NCBI RefSeq assembly: GCF_003334305.1
Contig: NZ_QOWS01000003.1
Length of the DNA stretch: 64,000 bases
Source of the DNA: Escherichia coli
GTDB taxonomy: Bacteria > Pseudomonadota > Gammaproteobacteria > Enterobacterales > Enterobacteriaceae
Direction: 5' to 3' (one strand)
The translations under genes were made by a program, and so were the position numbers. The notes beneath the pieces were generated by a model. It was not told the DNA's origin. It searched no databases and worked only from the letters and a program-made list of their open reading frames with translations. Positions within the stretch are counted from its first letter, which is position 1. Each line of letters opens with the position of its first letter. Positions 28,325-38,933 of the stretch are shown in pieces.

Positions 28325-28927
28325 ATGAAGAATAAGGCTGATAACAAAAAAAGGAACTTCCTGACCCATAGTGAAATCGAATCACTCCTTAAAGCAGCAA
28401 ATACCGGGCCTCATGCAGCACGTAATTATTGTCTGACTTTGCTTTGTTTTATTCATGGTTTCCGGGCGAGTGAAATTTGTCGATTGAGGATTTCGGATAT
28501 TGATCTTAAGGCAAAGTGTATATATATCCATCGATTAAAAAAAGGCTTTTCAACAACGCATCCGCTATTGAACAAAGAAGTTCAGGCTTTAAAAAACTGG
28601 TTGAGTATCCGTACTTCGTACCCGCATGCTGAGAGCGAGTGGGTATTTTTATCTCGTAAGGGAAATCCGCTTTCTCGGCAACAGTTTTACCATATTATCT
28701 CGACTTCCGGTGGTAATGCCGGGTTGTCACTGGAGATTCATCCGCACATGTTACGCCATTCGTGTGGTTTTGCTTTGGCGAATATGGGAATAGATACGCG
28801 ACTTATCCAGGATTATCTTGGGCATCGCAATATTCGTCATACTGTCTGGTATACCGCCAGCAATGCAGGGCGTTTTTACGGCATCTGGGATAGAGCCAGA
28901 GGACGACAGCGTCACGCTGTTTTATAG
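28325..28927 (+). CDS. fimB: Type 1 fimbriae switch recombinase FimB (tyrosine recombinase)
   Basis: MKNKADNKKRNFLTHSEIESLL ... HMLRHSCGFALANMGIDTRLIQDYLGHRNIRHTVWYT (200 aa). Confidence 0.95.
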   Translation: MKNKADNKKRNFLTHSEIESLLKAANTGPHAARNYCLTLLCFIHGFRASEICRLRISDIDLKAKCIYIHRLKKGFSTTHPLLNKEVQALKNWLSIRTSYPHAESEWVFLSRKGNPLSRQQFYHIISTSGGNAGLSLEIHPHMLRHSCGFALANMGIDTRLIQDYLGHRNIRHTVWYTASNAGRFYGIWDRARGRQRHAVL

Positions 28928-29404
28928 AGATAGTTGAGATACCAGGGATGGTGTTAAAAACTACATTATTCTTACGATATATCAAAAATGATTAACCATT
29001 TATTAATTGATGTTATTGTAAGTGTGATTATTAATTTTCATAATAAACATTAAGTTAACCATATCCATACAAAATACAATGGTTTATGTTCTTCAAAATA
29101 AATAAACAAAATCATTCATAAATTTACACATCACTTAAATTCTCCTGTTTCCGCACTTTTTTCTTTATTTTTTAAGCAACTGGAAGTTAATCCACTGCAA
29201 TCTATTGTTATATTGAATCAAATCAATGAAAATAGATGTTATCACATCAGTGATATTTTATTTTTGTATGATATTTAATGTAATTGACTGATAGCCACAT
29301 CACTTCGTGTGTGGTTATCTTTTTATCTATTGGGCTAATTTTGACCGATTGAGGTTTCCTATAGGTATTCATTCAAATATATCTCAGTTAGGAGTACTAC
29401 TATT

Positions 29405-30001
29405 GTGAGTAAACGTCGTTATCTTACCGGTAAAGAAGTTCAGGCCATGATGCAGGCGGTTTGTTACGGGGCAACGGGAGCCAGAGATTATTGTCTTATT
29501 CTGTTGGCATATCGGCATGGGATGCGTATTAGTGAACTGCTTGATCTGCATTATCAGGATCTTGACCTTAATGAAGGTCGAATAAATATTCGCCGACTGA
29601 AGAACGGATTTTCTACCGTTCACCCGTTACGTTTTGATGAGCGTGAAGCCGTGGAACGCTGGACCCAGGAACGTGCTAACTGGAAAGGCGCTGACCGGAC
29701 CGACGCTATATTTATTTCTCGCCGCGGGAGTCGGCTTTCTCGCCAGCAGGCCTATCGCATTATTCGCGATGCCGGTATTGAAGCTGGAACCGTAACGCAG
29801 ACTCATCCTCATATGTTAAGGCATGCTTGTGGTTATGAACTGGCGGAGCGTGGTGCCGATACCCGTTTAATTCAGGATTATCTCGGGCATCGAAATATTC
29901 GCCATACTGTACGTTATACCGCCAGTAATGCTGCTCGTTTTGCCGGACTATGGGAAAGAAATAATCTCATAAACGAAAAATTAAAAAGAGAAGAGGTTTG
30001 A
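29405..30001 (+). CDS. fimE: Type 1 fimbriae switch recombinase FimE (tyrosine recombinase)
   Basis: MSKRRYLTGKEVQAMMQAV ... HMLRHACGYELAERGADTRLIQDYLGHRNIRHTVRYT (198 aa). Confidence 0.95.
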   Translation: MSKRRYLTGKEVQAMMQAVCYGATGARDYCLILLAYRHGMRISELLDLHYQDLDLNEGRINIRRLKNGFSTVHPLRFDEREAVERWTQERANWKGADRTDAIFISRRGSRLSRQQAYRIIRDAGIEAGTVTQTHPHMLRHACGYELAERGADTRLIQDYLGHRNIRHTVRYTASNAARFAGLWERNNLINEKLKREEV

Positions 30002-30048
30002 TTTAACTCATTGATAATAAAGTTAAAAAACAAATAAATACAAGACAA

Positions 30049-30057
30049 TTGGGGCCA
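30049..30057. repeat. fim switch left inverted repeat (IRL)
   Basis: TTGGGGCCA, reverse complement of the repeat at 30354-30362. Confidence 0.85.
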
Positions 30058-30067
30058 AACTGTCCAT

Positions 30068-30097
30068 ATCATAAATAAGTTACGTATTTTTTCTCAA
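30068..30097 (-). promoter_or_regulatory. fimA promoter inside the switch, reading towards fimE (OFF phase)
   Basis: On the minus strand: -35 TTGAGA (complement of 30092-30097), 18-bp spacer, -10 TATGAT (complement of 30068-30073); no comparable element faces fimA on the plus strand. Confidence 0.55.
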
Positions 30098-30353
30098 GCA
30101 TAAAAATATTAAAAAACGACAAAAAGCATCCAACTGTTTGATATGTAAATTATTTCTCTTGTAAATTAATTTCACATCACCTCCGCTATATGTAAAGCTA
30201 ACGTTTCTGTGGCTCGACGCATCTTCCTCATTCTTCTCTCCAAAAACCACCTCATGCAATATAAAAATCTATAAATAAAGATAACAATAGAATATTAAGC
30301 CAGCAAATAAACTGAAAAAGTTTGTGCGCGATGCTTTCCTCTATGAGTCAAAA

Positions 30354-30362
30354 TGGCCCCAA
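30354..30362. repeat. fim switch right inverted repeat (IRR)
   Basis: TGGCCCCAA, reverse complement of the repeat at 30049-30057. Confidence 0.85.
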
Positions 30363-30481
30363 ATGTTTCATCTTTTGGGGGAAAACTGTGCAGTGTTGGC
30401 AGTCAAACTCGTTGACAAAACAAAGTGTACAGAACGACTGCCCATGTCGATTTAGAAATAGTTTTTTTAAAGGAAAGCAGC

Positions 30482-31030
30482 ATGAAAATTAAAACTCTGG
30501 CAATCGTTGTTCTGTCGGCTCTGTCCCTCAGTTCCGCAGCGGCTCTGGCCGATACTACGACGGTAAATGGTGGGACCGTTCACTTTAAAGGGGAAGTTGT
30601 TAACGCCGCTTGCGCAGTTGATGCAGGCTCTGTTGATCAAACCGTTCAGTTGGGCCAGGTTCGTACCGCTAGCCTGAAGCAGGCTGGAGCAACCAGCTCT
30701 GCCGTTGGTTTTAACATTCAGCTGAATGATTGCGATACCACTGTTGCCACAAAAGCCGCTGTTGCCTTCTTAGGTACGGCAATTGATGCTACGCATACTG
30801 ATGTACTGGCTCTGCAGAGTTCAGCTGCGGGTAGCGCAACAAACGTTGGTGTGCAGATCCTGGACAGAACGGGTGCTGCGCTGGCGCTGGACGGTGCGAC
30901 ATTTAGTTCAGAAACAACCCTGAATAACGGAACCAACACCATTCCGTTCCAGGCGCGTTATTTTGCAACCGGTGCCGCAACCCCTGGCGCAGCTAATGCG
31001 GATGCGACCTTCAAGGTTCAGTATCAATAA
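30482..31030 (+). CDS. fimA: Type 1 fimbrial major subunit FimA
   Basis: [23 protein letters not shown] signal peptide followed by a pilin domain; ATG at 30482 inside ORF 30425-31030. Confidence 0.95.
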   Translation: MKIKTLAIVVLSALSLSSAAALADTTTVNGGTVHFKGEVVNAACAVDAGSVDQTVQLGQVRTASLKQAGATSSAVGFNIQLNDCDTTVATKAAVAFLGTAIDATHTDVLALQSSAAGSATNVGVQILDRTGAALALDGATFSSETTLNNGTNTIPFQARYFATGAATPGAANADATFKVQYQ

Positions 31031-31094
31031 CCTACCCAGGTTCAGGGACGTCATTACGGGCAGGGATGCCCACCCTTGTGCGATAAAAATAACG

Positions 31095-31634
31095 ATGAAA
31101 AGGAAGAGATTATTTCTATTAGCGTCGTTGCTGCCAATGTTTGCTCTGGCCGGAAATAAATGGAATACCACGTTGCCCGGCGGAAATATGCAATTTCAGG
31201 GCGTCATTATTGCGGAAACTTGCCGGATTGAAGCCGGTGATAAACAAATGACGGTCAATATGGGGCAAATCAGCAGTAACCGGTTTCATGCGGTTGGGGA
31301 AGATAGCGCACCGGTGCCTTTTGTTATTCATTTACGGGAATGTAGCACGGTGGTGAGTGAACATGTGGGTGTGGCGTTTTACGGTGTCGCGGATGGTAAA
31401 AATCCAGATGTGCTTTCCGTTGGAGAGGGGCCAGGGATAGCCACCAATATTGGCGTAGCGTTGTTTGATGATGAAGGAAACCTCGTACCGATTAATCGTC
31501 CTCCAGCAAACTGGAAACGGCTTTACTCAGGCTCTACTTCGCTACATTTCATCGCCAAATATCGTGCTACCGGGCGTCGGGTTACTGGCGGCATCGCCAA
31601 TGCACAGGCCTGGTTCTCTTTAACCTATCAGTAA
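31095..31634 (+). CDS. fimI: Fimbrial protein FimI
   Basis: [19 protein letters not shown] signal peptide; the frame is open back to 30963, so the start is ambiguous. Confidence 0.85.
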   Translation: MKRKRLFLLASLLPMFALAGNKWNTTLPGGNMQFQGVIIAETCRIEAGDKQMTVNMGQISSNRFHAVGEDSAPVPFVIHLRECSTVVSEHVGVAFYGVADGKNPDVLSVGEGPGIATNIGVALFDDEGNLVPINRPPANWKRLYSGSTSLHFIAKYRATGRRVTGGIANAQAWFSLTYQ

Positions 31635-31670
31635 TTGTTCAGCAGATAATGTGATAACAGGAACAGGACA

Positions 31671-32396
31671 GTGAGTAATAAAAACGTCAATGTAAGGAAA
31701 TCGCAGGAAATAACATTCTGCTTGCTGGCAGGTATCCTGATGTTCATGGCAATGATGGTTGCCGGACGCGCTGAAGCGGGAGTGGCCTTAGGTGCGACTC
31801 GCGTAATTTATCCGGCAGGGCAAAAACAAGTGCAACTTGCCGTGACAAATAATGATGAAAATAGTACCTATTTAATTCAATCATGGGTGGAAAATGCCGA
31901 TGGTGTAAAGGATGGTCGTTTTATCGTGACGCCTCCTCTGTTTGCGATGAAGGGAAAAAGAGAGAATACCTTGCGTATTCTTGATGCAACTAATAACCAA
32001 TTGCCACAGGATCGGGAAAGTTTATTCTGGATGAATGTTAAAGCGATTCCGTCAATGGATAAATCAAAATTGACTGAGAATACGCTACAGCTCGCAATTA
32101 TCAGCCGCATTAAACTGTACTATCGTCCGGCTAAATTAGCGTTGCCACCCGATCAGGCCGCAGAAAAATTAAGATTTCGTCGTAGCGCGAATTCCCTGAC
32201 GCTGATTAACCCGACACCCTATTACCTGACGGTAACAGAGTTGAATGCCGGAACCCGGGTTCTTGAAAATGCATTGGTGCCTCCAATGGGCGAAAGCACG
32301 GTTAAATTGCCTTCTGATGCAGGAAGCAATATTACTTACCGAACAATAAATGATTATGGCGCACTTACCCCCAAAATGACGGGCGTAATGGAATAA
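31671..32396 (+). CDS. fimC: Periplasmic pilus chaperone FimC
   Basis: 241-aa PapD-like chaperone with signal peptide; position and sequence match remembered FimC. Confidence 0.93.
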   Translation: MSNKNVNVRKSQEITFCLLAGILMFMAMMVAGRAEAGVALGATRVIYPAGQKQVQLAVTNNDENSTYLIQSWVENADGVKDGRFIVTPPLFAMKGKRENTLRILDATNNQLPQDRESLFWMNVKAIPSMDKSKLTENTLQLAIISRIKLYYRPAKLALPPDQAAEKLRFRRSANSLTLINPTPYYLTVTELNAGTRVLENALVPPMGESTVKLPSDAGSNITYRTINDYGALTPKMTGVME

Positions 32397-32462
32397 CGCA
32401 GGGGGAATTTTTCGCCTGAATAAAAAGAATTGACTGCCGGGTGATTTTAAACCGGAGGAATA

Positions 32463-35099
32463 ATGTCATATCTGAATTTAAGACTTTACCAGCGAAACAC
32501 ACAATGCTTGCATATTCGTAAGCATCGTTTGGCTGGTTTTTTTGTCCGGCTCTTTGTCGCCTGTGCTTTTGCCGCACAGACACCTTTGTCATCTGCCGAA
32601 CTCTATTTTAATCCGCGCTTTTTAGCGGATGATCCCCAGGCTGTGGCTGATTTATCGCGTTTTGAAAATGGGCAAGAATTACCGCCAGGGACGTATCGTG
32701 TCGATATCTATTTGAATAATGGTTATATGGCAACGCGTGATGTCACATTTAATACGGGCGACAGCGAACAAGGGATTGTTCCCTGCCTGACACGCGCGCA
32801 ACTTGCCAGTATGGGGCTGAATACGGCTTCTGTCTCCGGTATGAATCTGCTGGCGGATGATGCCTGCGTGCCATTAACCTCAATAATCCATGACGCTACT
32901 GCGCATTTAGATGTTGGTCAGCAGCGACTCAACCTGACGATCCCTCAGGCATTTATGAGTAATCGCGCGCGTGGTTATATTCCTCCTGAGTTATGGGATC
33001 CCGGTATTAATGCCGGATTGCTCAATTATAATTTCAGCGGAAATAGTGTACAGAATCGGATTGGGGGTAACAGCCATTATGCATATTTAAACCTACAGAG
33101 TGGGTTAAATATTGGTGCGTGGCGTTTACGCGACAATACCACCTGGAGTTATAACCGTAGCGACAGATCATCAGGTAGCAAAAATAAATGGCAGCATATC
33201 AATACCTGGCTTGAGCGAGACATAATACCGTTACGTTCCCGGCTGACGCTGGGTGATGGTTATACTCAGGGCGATATTTTCGATGGTATTAACTTTCGCG
33301 GCGCACAATTGGCCTCAGATGACAATATGTTACCCGATAGCCAAAGAGGATTTGCCCCGGTGATCCACGGTATTGCTCGTGGTACTGCACAGGTCACTAT
33401 TAAACAAAATGGGTATGACATTTATAATAGTACGGTGCCACCGGGGCCTTTTACCATCAACGATATCTATGCCGCAGGTAATAGTGGTGACTTGCAGGTA
33501 ACGATCAAAGAGGCTGACGGCAGCACGCAGATTTTTACCGTACCCTATTCGTCAGTCCCGCTTTTGCAACGTGAAGGGCATACTCGTTATTCCATTACGG
33601 CAGGAGAATACCGTAGTGGAAATGCGCAGCAGGAAAAACCCCGCTTTTTCCAGAGTACATTACTCCACGGCCTTCCGGCTGGCTGGACAATATATGGTGG
33701 AACGCAACTGGCGGATCGTTATCGTGCTTTTAATTTCGGTATCGGGAAAAACATGGGGGCACTGGGCGCTCTGTCTGTGGATATGACGCAGGCTAATTCC
33801 ACACTTCCCGATGACAGTCAGCATGACGGACAATCGGTGCGTTTTCTCTATAACAAATCGCTCAATGAGTCAGGCACGAATATTCAGTTAGTGGGTTACC
33901 GTTATTCGACCAGCGGATATTTTAATTTCGCTGATACAACATACAGTCGAATGAATGGCTACAACATCGAAACACAGGACGGTGTTATTCAGGTTAAGCC
34001 GAAATTCACCGACTATTACAACCTCGCTTATAACAAACGCGGGAAATTACAACTCACCGTTACTCAGCAACTCGGGCGCACATCAACACTGTATTTGAGT
34101 GGTAGCCATCAAACTTATTGGGGAACGAGTAATGTCGATGAGCAATTCCAGGCTGGTTTAAATACTGCGTTCGAAGATATCAACTGGACGCTCAGCTATA
34201 GCCTGACGAAAAACGCCTGGCAAAAAGGACGGGATCAGATGTTAGCGCTTAACGTCAATATTCCTTTCAGCCACTGGCTGCGTTCTGACAGTAAATCTCA
34301 GTGGCGACATGCCAGTGCCAGCTACAGCATGTCACACGATCTCAACGGTCGGATGACCAATCTGGCTGGTGTATACGGTACGTTGCTGGAAGACAACAAC
34401 CTCAGCTATAGCGTGCAAACCGGCTATGCCGGGGGAGGCGATGGTAATAGCGGAAGCACAGGCTACACCACGCTGAATTATCGCGGTGGTTACGGCAATG
34501 CCAATATCGGTTACAGCCATAGCGATGATATTAAGCAGCTCTATTACGGAGTCAGCGGTGGGGTACTGGCTCATGCCAATGGCGTAACGCTGGGGCAGCC
34601 GTTAAACGATACGGTGGTACTTGTTAAAGCGCCTGGCGCAAAAGATGCAAAAGTCGAAAACCAGACGGGGGTGCGTACCGACTGGCGCGGTTATGCCGTG
34701 CTGCCTTATGCCACCGAATATCGGGAAAACAGAGTGGCGCTGGATACCAATACCCTGGCTGATAACGTCGATTTAGATAACGCGGTCGCTAACGTTGTTC
34801 CCACTCGTGGGGCGATCGTGCGAGCAGAGTTTAAAGCGCGCGTTGGGATAAAACTGCTCATGACGCTAACTCACAATAATAAGCCGCTGCCGTTTGGGGC
34901 GATGGTGACATCAGAGAGTAGCCAGAGTAGCGGCATTGTTGCGGATAATGGTCAGGTTTACCTCAGCGGAATGCCTCTAGCGGGAAAAGTTCAGGTGAAA
35001 TGGGGAGAAGAGGAAAATGCTCATTGTGTCGCCAATTATCAACTGCCACCAGAGAGTCAGCAGCAGTTATTAACCCAGCTATCAGCTGAATGTCGTTAA
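32463..35099 (+). CDS. fimD: Outer-membrane usher FimD
   Basis: 878-aa usher-family protein, in the expected place in the fim cluster. Confidence 0.95.
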   Translation: MSYLNLRLYQRNTQCLHIRKHRLAGFFVRLFVACAFAAQTPLSSAELYFNPRFLADDPQAVADLSRFENGQELPPGTYRVDIYLNNGYMATRDVTFNTGDSEQGIVPCLTRAQLASMGLNTASVSGMNLLADDACVPLTSIIHDATAHLDVGQQRLNLTIPQAFMSNRARGYIPPELWDPGINAGLLNYNFSGNSVQNRIGGNSHYAYLNLQSGLNIGAWRLRDNTTWSYNRSDRSSGSKNKWQHINTWLERDIIPLRSRLTLGDGYTQGDIFDGINFRGAQLASDDNMLPDSQRGFAPVIHGIARGTAQVTIKQNGYDIYNSTVPPGPFTINDIYAAGNSGDLQVTIKEADGSTQIFTVPYSSVPLLQREGHTRYSITAGEYRSGNAQQEKPRFFQSTLLHGLPAGWTIYGGTQLADRYRAFNFGIGKNMGALGALSVDMTQANSTLPDDSQHDGQSVRFLYNKSLNESGTNIQLVGYRYSTSGYFNFADTTYSRMNGYNIETQDGVIQVKPKFTDYYNLAYNKRGKLQLTVTQQLGRTSTLYLSGSHQTYWGTSNVDEQFQAGLNTAFEDINWTLSYSLTKNAWQKGRDQMLALNVNIPFSHWLRSDSKSQWRHASASYSMSHDLNGRMTNLAGVYGTLLEDNNLSYSVQTGYAGGGDGNSGSTGYTTLNYRGGYGNANIGYSHSDDIKQLYYGVSGGVLAHANGVTLGQPLNDTVVLVKAPGAKDAKVENQTGVRTDWRGYAVLPYATEYRENRVALDTNTLADNVDLDNAVANVVPTRGAIVRAEFKARVGIKLLMTLTHNNKPLPFGAMVTSESSQSSGIVADNGQVYLSGMPLAGKVQVKWGEEENAHCVANYQLPPESQQQLLTQLSAECR

Positions 35100-35108
35100 G
35101 GGGGCGTG

Positions 35109-35639
35109 ATGAGAAACAAACCTTTTTATCTTCTGTGCGCTTTTTTGTGGCTGGCGGTGAGTCACGCTTTGGCTGCGGATAGCACGATTACTATCCGCGG
35201 CTATGTCAGGGATAACGGCTGTAGTGTGGCCGCTGAATCAACCAATTTTACTGTTGATCTGATGGAAAACGCGGCGAAGCAATTTAACGACATTGGCGCG
35301 ACGACTCCTGTTGTTCCATTTCGTATTTTGCTGTCACCCTGTGGTAATGCCGTTTCTGCCGTAAAAGTTGGGTTTACCGGCGTTGCAGATAGCCACAATG
35401 CCAATCTGCTTGCACTTGAAAATACGGTGTCAGCGGCTTCGGGACTGGGAATACAGCTTCTGAATGAGCAGCAAAATCAAATACCCCTTAATGCTCCATC
35501 GTCCGCGCTTTCGTGGACGACCCTGACGCCGGGTAAACCAAATACGCTGAATTTTTACGCCCGGCTAATGGCGACACAGGTGCCTGTCACTGCAGGGCAT
35601 ATCAATGCCACGGCTACCTTCACTCTTGAATATCAGTAA
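35109..35639 (+). CDS. fimF: Fimbrial minor subunit FimF
   Basis: [22 protein letters not shown] signal peptide, pilin fold, terminal YQ. Confidence 0.92.
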   Translation: MRNKPFYLLCAFLWLAVSHALAADSTITIRGYVRDNGCSVAAESTNFTVDLMENAAKQFNDIGATTPVVPFRILLSPCGNAVSAVKVGFTGVADSHNANLLALENTVSAASGLGIQLLNEQQNQIPLNAPSSALSWTTLTPGKPNTLNFYARLMATQVPVTAGHINATATFTLEYQ

Positions 35640-35651
35640 CTGGAGATGCTC

Positions 35652-36155
35652 ATGAAATGGTGCAAACGTGGGTATGTATTGGCGGCAATATTGGCGCTCG
35701 CAAGTGCGACGATACAGGCAGCCGATGTCACCATCACGGTGAACGGTAAGGTCGTCGCCAAACCGTGCACAGTTTCCACCACCAATGCCACGGTTGATCT
35801 CGGCGATCTTTATTCTTTCAGTCTGATGTCTGCCGGGGCGGCATCGGCCTGGCATGATGTTGCGCTTGAGTTGACTAATTGTCCGGTGGGAACGTCGAGG
35901 GTCACTGCCAGCTTCAGCGGGGCAGCCGACAGTACCGGATATTATAAAAACCAGGGGACCGCGCAAAACATCCAGTTAGAGCTACAGGATGACAGTGGCA
36001 ACACATTGAATACTGGCGCAACCAAAACAGTTCAGGTGGATGATTCCTCACAATCAGCGCACTTCCCGTTACAGGTCAGAGTATTGACGGTAAATGGCGG
36101 AGCCACTCAGGGAACCATTCAGGCAGTGATTAGCATCACCTATACCTACAGCTGA
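35652..36155 (+). CDS. fimG: Fimbrial minor subunit FimG
   Basis: MKWCKRGYVLAAILALASATIQA signal peptide; about 167 aa. Confidence 0.92.
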   Translation: MKWCKRGYVLAAILALASATIQAADVTITVNGKVVAKPCTVSTTNATVDLGDLYSFSLMSAGAASAWHDVALELTNCPVGTSRVTASFSGAADSTGYYKNQGTAQNIQLELQDDSGNTLNTGATKTVQVDDSSQSAHFPLQVRVLTVNGGATQGTIQAVISITYTYS

Positions 36156-36174
36156 ACCCGAAGAGATGATTGTA

Positions 36175-37077
36175 ATGAAACGAGTTATTACCCTGTTTGC
36201 TGTACTGCTGATGGGCTGGTCGGTAAATGCCTGGTCATTCGCCTGTAAAACCGCCAATGGTACCGCTATCCCTATTGGCGGTGGCAGCGCTAATGTTTAT
36301 GTAAACCTTGCGCCTGCCGTGAATGTGGGGCAAAACCTGGTCGTAGATCTTTCGACGCAAATCTTTTGCCATAACGATTATCCGGAAACCATTACAGACT
36401 ATGTCACACTGCAACGAGGCTCGGCTTATGGCGGCGTGTTATCTAATTTTTCCGGGACCGTAAAATATAGTGGCAGTAGCTATCCATTTCCGACCACCAG
36501 CGAAACGCCGCGGGTTGTTTATAATTCGAGAACGGATAAGCCGTGGCCGGTGGCGCTTTATTTGACGCCTGTGAGCAGTGCGGGCGGGGTGGCGATTAAA
36601 GCTGGCTCATTAATTGCCGTGCTTATTTTGCGACAGACCAACAACTATAACAGCGATGATTTCCAGTTTGTGTGGAATATTTACGCCAATAATGATGTGG
36701 TGGTGCCTACTGGCGGCTGCGATGTTTCTGCTCGTGATGTCACCGTTACTCTGCCGGACTACCCTGGTTCAGTGCCAATTCCTCTTACCGTTTATTGTGC
36801 GAAAAGCCAAAACCTGGGGTATTACCTCTCCGGCACAACCGCAGATGCGGGCAACTCGATTTTCACCAATACCGCGTCGTTTTCACCAGCGCAGGGCGTC
36901 GGCGTACAGTTGACGCGCAACGGTACGATTATTCCAGCGAATAACACGGTATCGTTAGGAGCAGTAGGGACTTCGGCGGTAAGTCTGGGATTAACGGCAA
37001 ATTACGCACGTACCGGAGGGCAGGTGACTGCAGGGAATGTGCAATCGATTATTGGCGTGACTTTTGTTTATCAATAA
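36175..37077 (+). CDS. fimH: Mannose-binding fimbrial adhesin FimH
   Basis: MKRVITLFAVLLMGWSVNAWSFACKTANGTAIPIGGGSANVYVNLAP lectin-domain N-terminus; 300 aa. Confidence 0.95.
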   Translation: MKRVITLFAVLLMGWSVNAWSFACKTANGTAIPIGGGSANVYVNLAPAVNVGQNLVVDLSTQIFCHNDYPETITDYVTLQRGSAYGGVLSNFSGTVKYSGSSYPFPTTSETPRVVYNSRTDKPWPVALYLTPVSSAGGVAIKAGSLIAVLILRQTNNYNSDDFQFVWNIYANNDVVVPTGGCDVSARDVTVTLPDYPGSVPIPLTVYCAKSQNLGYYLSGTTADAGNSIFTNTASFSPAQGVGVQLTRNGTIIPANNTVSLGAVGTSAVSLGLTANYARTGGQVTAGNVQSIIGVTFVYQ

Positions 37078-37149
37078 AGAAATCACGGGGCATTGCTAAT
37101 GCAGGTACGCAATATTACCTGAAGCTAAAAACCTGCACGTTAGCCCTTT

Positions 37150-37186
37150 GTAGGCCAGATAAGACGCGTTAGCGTCGCATCTGGCA
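37150..37186. repeat. REP (repetitive extragenic palindrome) element
   Basis: gtaggccagataagacgcgttagcgtcgcatctggca, a palindromic unit of the E. coli REP family between fimH and gntP. Confidence 0.7.
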
Positions 37187-37250
37187 TAAACAAAGCGCAC
37201 TTTGCCGACAATCCGAACTGAGCCTGCCATTGGCAGGCTCTGGTGTTCTT

Positions 37251-38594
37251 TTACGCTACCATGCTAATAATCAGCACAATAATCAGCCCAACCACGGAGT
37301 TGACCAGCTCCAGCAGACCCCAGGTTTTCAACGTGTCTTTTACCGACAGGTCAAAGTAACCTTTGAACAACCAGAAAGATGCATCGTTAATGTGGGTGAG
37401 GGTGTTGGAACCCGCAGCCGTCGCCAGCACCAGCAGCGCCGGATTCACGCCAACCAGCTGACCGGTTGCTGGATCAAGGATTGCAGCACTGATAATCCCG
37501 GCGGCGGTCATCGCCGAAACGACACCCTGACCCGTCGCCAGACGAATTAGCACAGTGATCAGCCATGCCATGATGTAGGGCGAGATATTGCCGTGGGACA
37601 TCAACATGCCGATGGTGTCGCCAATGCCGGTGTCGATGATAGTTTGCTTCAGCACGCCACCCGCACCGATGATCAGAATCACCATTGCAATGCTTTTCAC
37701 CGCACTTTCAAAAGCGTTCATCACCCACTGCATGTCATGACCACGTGCGGTGCCAAAGAGTACGAATGCAACCACCATCGCAATAAACATTGCAATCGGC
37801 GAGGAACCGATAAAGTTAACCACTTCCCAGGCAGGGGTATCTTTTACCAGCCAGATATTGGCGATGGTGGTAGAGATCATAATGATCGCCGGGATCAGCG
37901 GCACCAGAATCGAAACGCCGAAAGAGGGCAGATTGTTCATATCTACCGGTTGATCTGCTTTCAGGAATGATGGCGTTGGGCGCTCAAGATTGCCGAGGAA
38001 CTTCGGCAGGATCAGACCTGCGCAGATTACACTTGGGATCGTCACCAGTACGCCATAGATATAAACCATCCCCATATCTGCGCCATAAGCATTCACCAGC
38101 GCCACCGGACCCGGCTGCGGTGGGAACAGTGAATGTGCGGTAGTGGCAGCTGCTACTGCCGGGATCGCCAGTTTCAGGAACGGAATTTTAGCTTCGGCGG
38201 CAATAACAATAACCAGCGGCGCTAACATGATAAAGGCCACTTCATAGAACATCGCCAGACCAAAAATCAGGCCGATGATAATCACTGACAGCTGTACATA
38301 GCGCAGACCGAGACGCGCCAGCAGCGTATGCGCTATCTGGTGAGCCGCGCCGGAGTCGACCATCAATTTACCGATGACCGCACCGAACACCACGATGATA
38401 GCCAGTTCCCCCAGCGTGTTGCCGAAGCCCGCTTTCATGGTGTGCAGCAGCGACATCAAATCCATGCCCGCCAGCATCCCGACGGACAGCGCCGCCACCA
38501 ACAAAGCCACCATTGAATTGATTTTGAACTTCAAATTCAGTACCAGCATCAGACCAATGCCGAATACCACCCAGAGAATGTTAAGCACATGCAT
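37251..38594 (-). CDS. gntP: Gluconate/fructuronate transporter (GntP family)
   Basis: 447-aa polytopic membrane protein starting [23 protein letters not shown]; matches remembered GntP. Confidence 0.93.
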
Positions 38595-38647
38595 AACGTT
38601 TTACCTTACCTGGTTGAACCGTTGTTATTTTGGGCGACATGTTATGC

Positions 38648-38663
38648 AAATTGGTCAACCATT
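38648..38663. promoter_or_regulatory. Putative UxuR/ExuR operator (gntP side)
   Basis: AAATTGGTCAACCATT, a near-palindrome of the TTGGT..ACCAA type in the gntP-uxuA divergent region. Confidence 0.4.
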
Positions 38664-38710
38664 GTTGCGATGAATGTCACATCCTCTGATCAATAACCAT
38701 CGATTACCCT

Positions 38711-38729
38711 TTGCTGCAATTTGCAGCAA
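38711..38729. promoter_or_regulatory. Perfect 9-1-9 palindrome in the uxuA upstream region
   Basis: TTGCTGCAA t TTGCAGCAA; a probable regulator-binding site whose identity is unknown. Confidence 0.3.
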
Positions 38730-38754
38730 CAACCATGAGAGTGAAATTCTTGTG

Positions 38755-38772
38755 ATGTGGTTAACCAATTTC
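38755..38772. promoter_or_regulatory. Putative UxuR/ExuR operator (uxuA side)
   Basis: Palindrome TGGTTAACCA inside gtggttaaccaatttc, about 165 nt upstream of uxuA, with a TTGACA hexamer just downstream (38783-38788). Confidence 0.45.
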
Positions 38773-38933
38773 AGAATTCGGGTTGACATGTCTTACCAAA
38801 AGGTAGAACTTATACGCCATCTCATCCGATGCAACGCCACGGCTGCGGTCTGGTTGTTCATCCGGATACCTAAACAACTCCAGGGTTCCGCGTCTCTTTG
38901 CTGTGGAACCCACTATGTGAAAGAGGAAAAATC

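Larger units (their letters stand above)
30049..30362. promoter_or_regulatory. fimS: fimS invertible element (fim switch), apparently in the OFF orientation
   Basis: 314 bp bounded by 9-bp inverted repeats TTGGGGCCA (30049-30057) and TGGCCCCAA (30354-30362); the internal promoter points towards fimE in this sequence. Confidence 0.85.

Noticed and set aside
30963-31094. Upstream extension of fimI overlapping the 3' end of fimA
   Set aside because: The frame is open, but the extension lacks a signal peptide and overlaps fimA; the ATG at 31095 gives a typical signal peptide.
37101-37139. Terminator after fimH
   Set aside because: Short inverted repeats are present but without a following T-run; the nearby REP element is the clearer feature.
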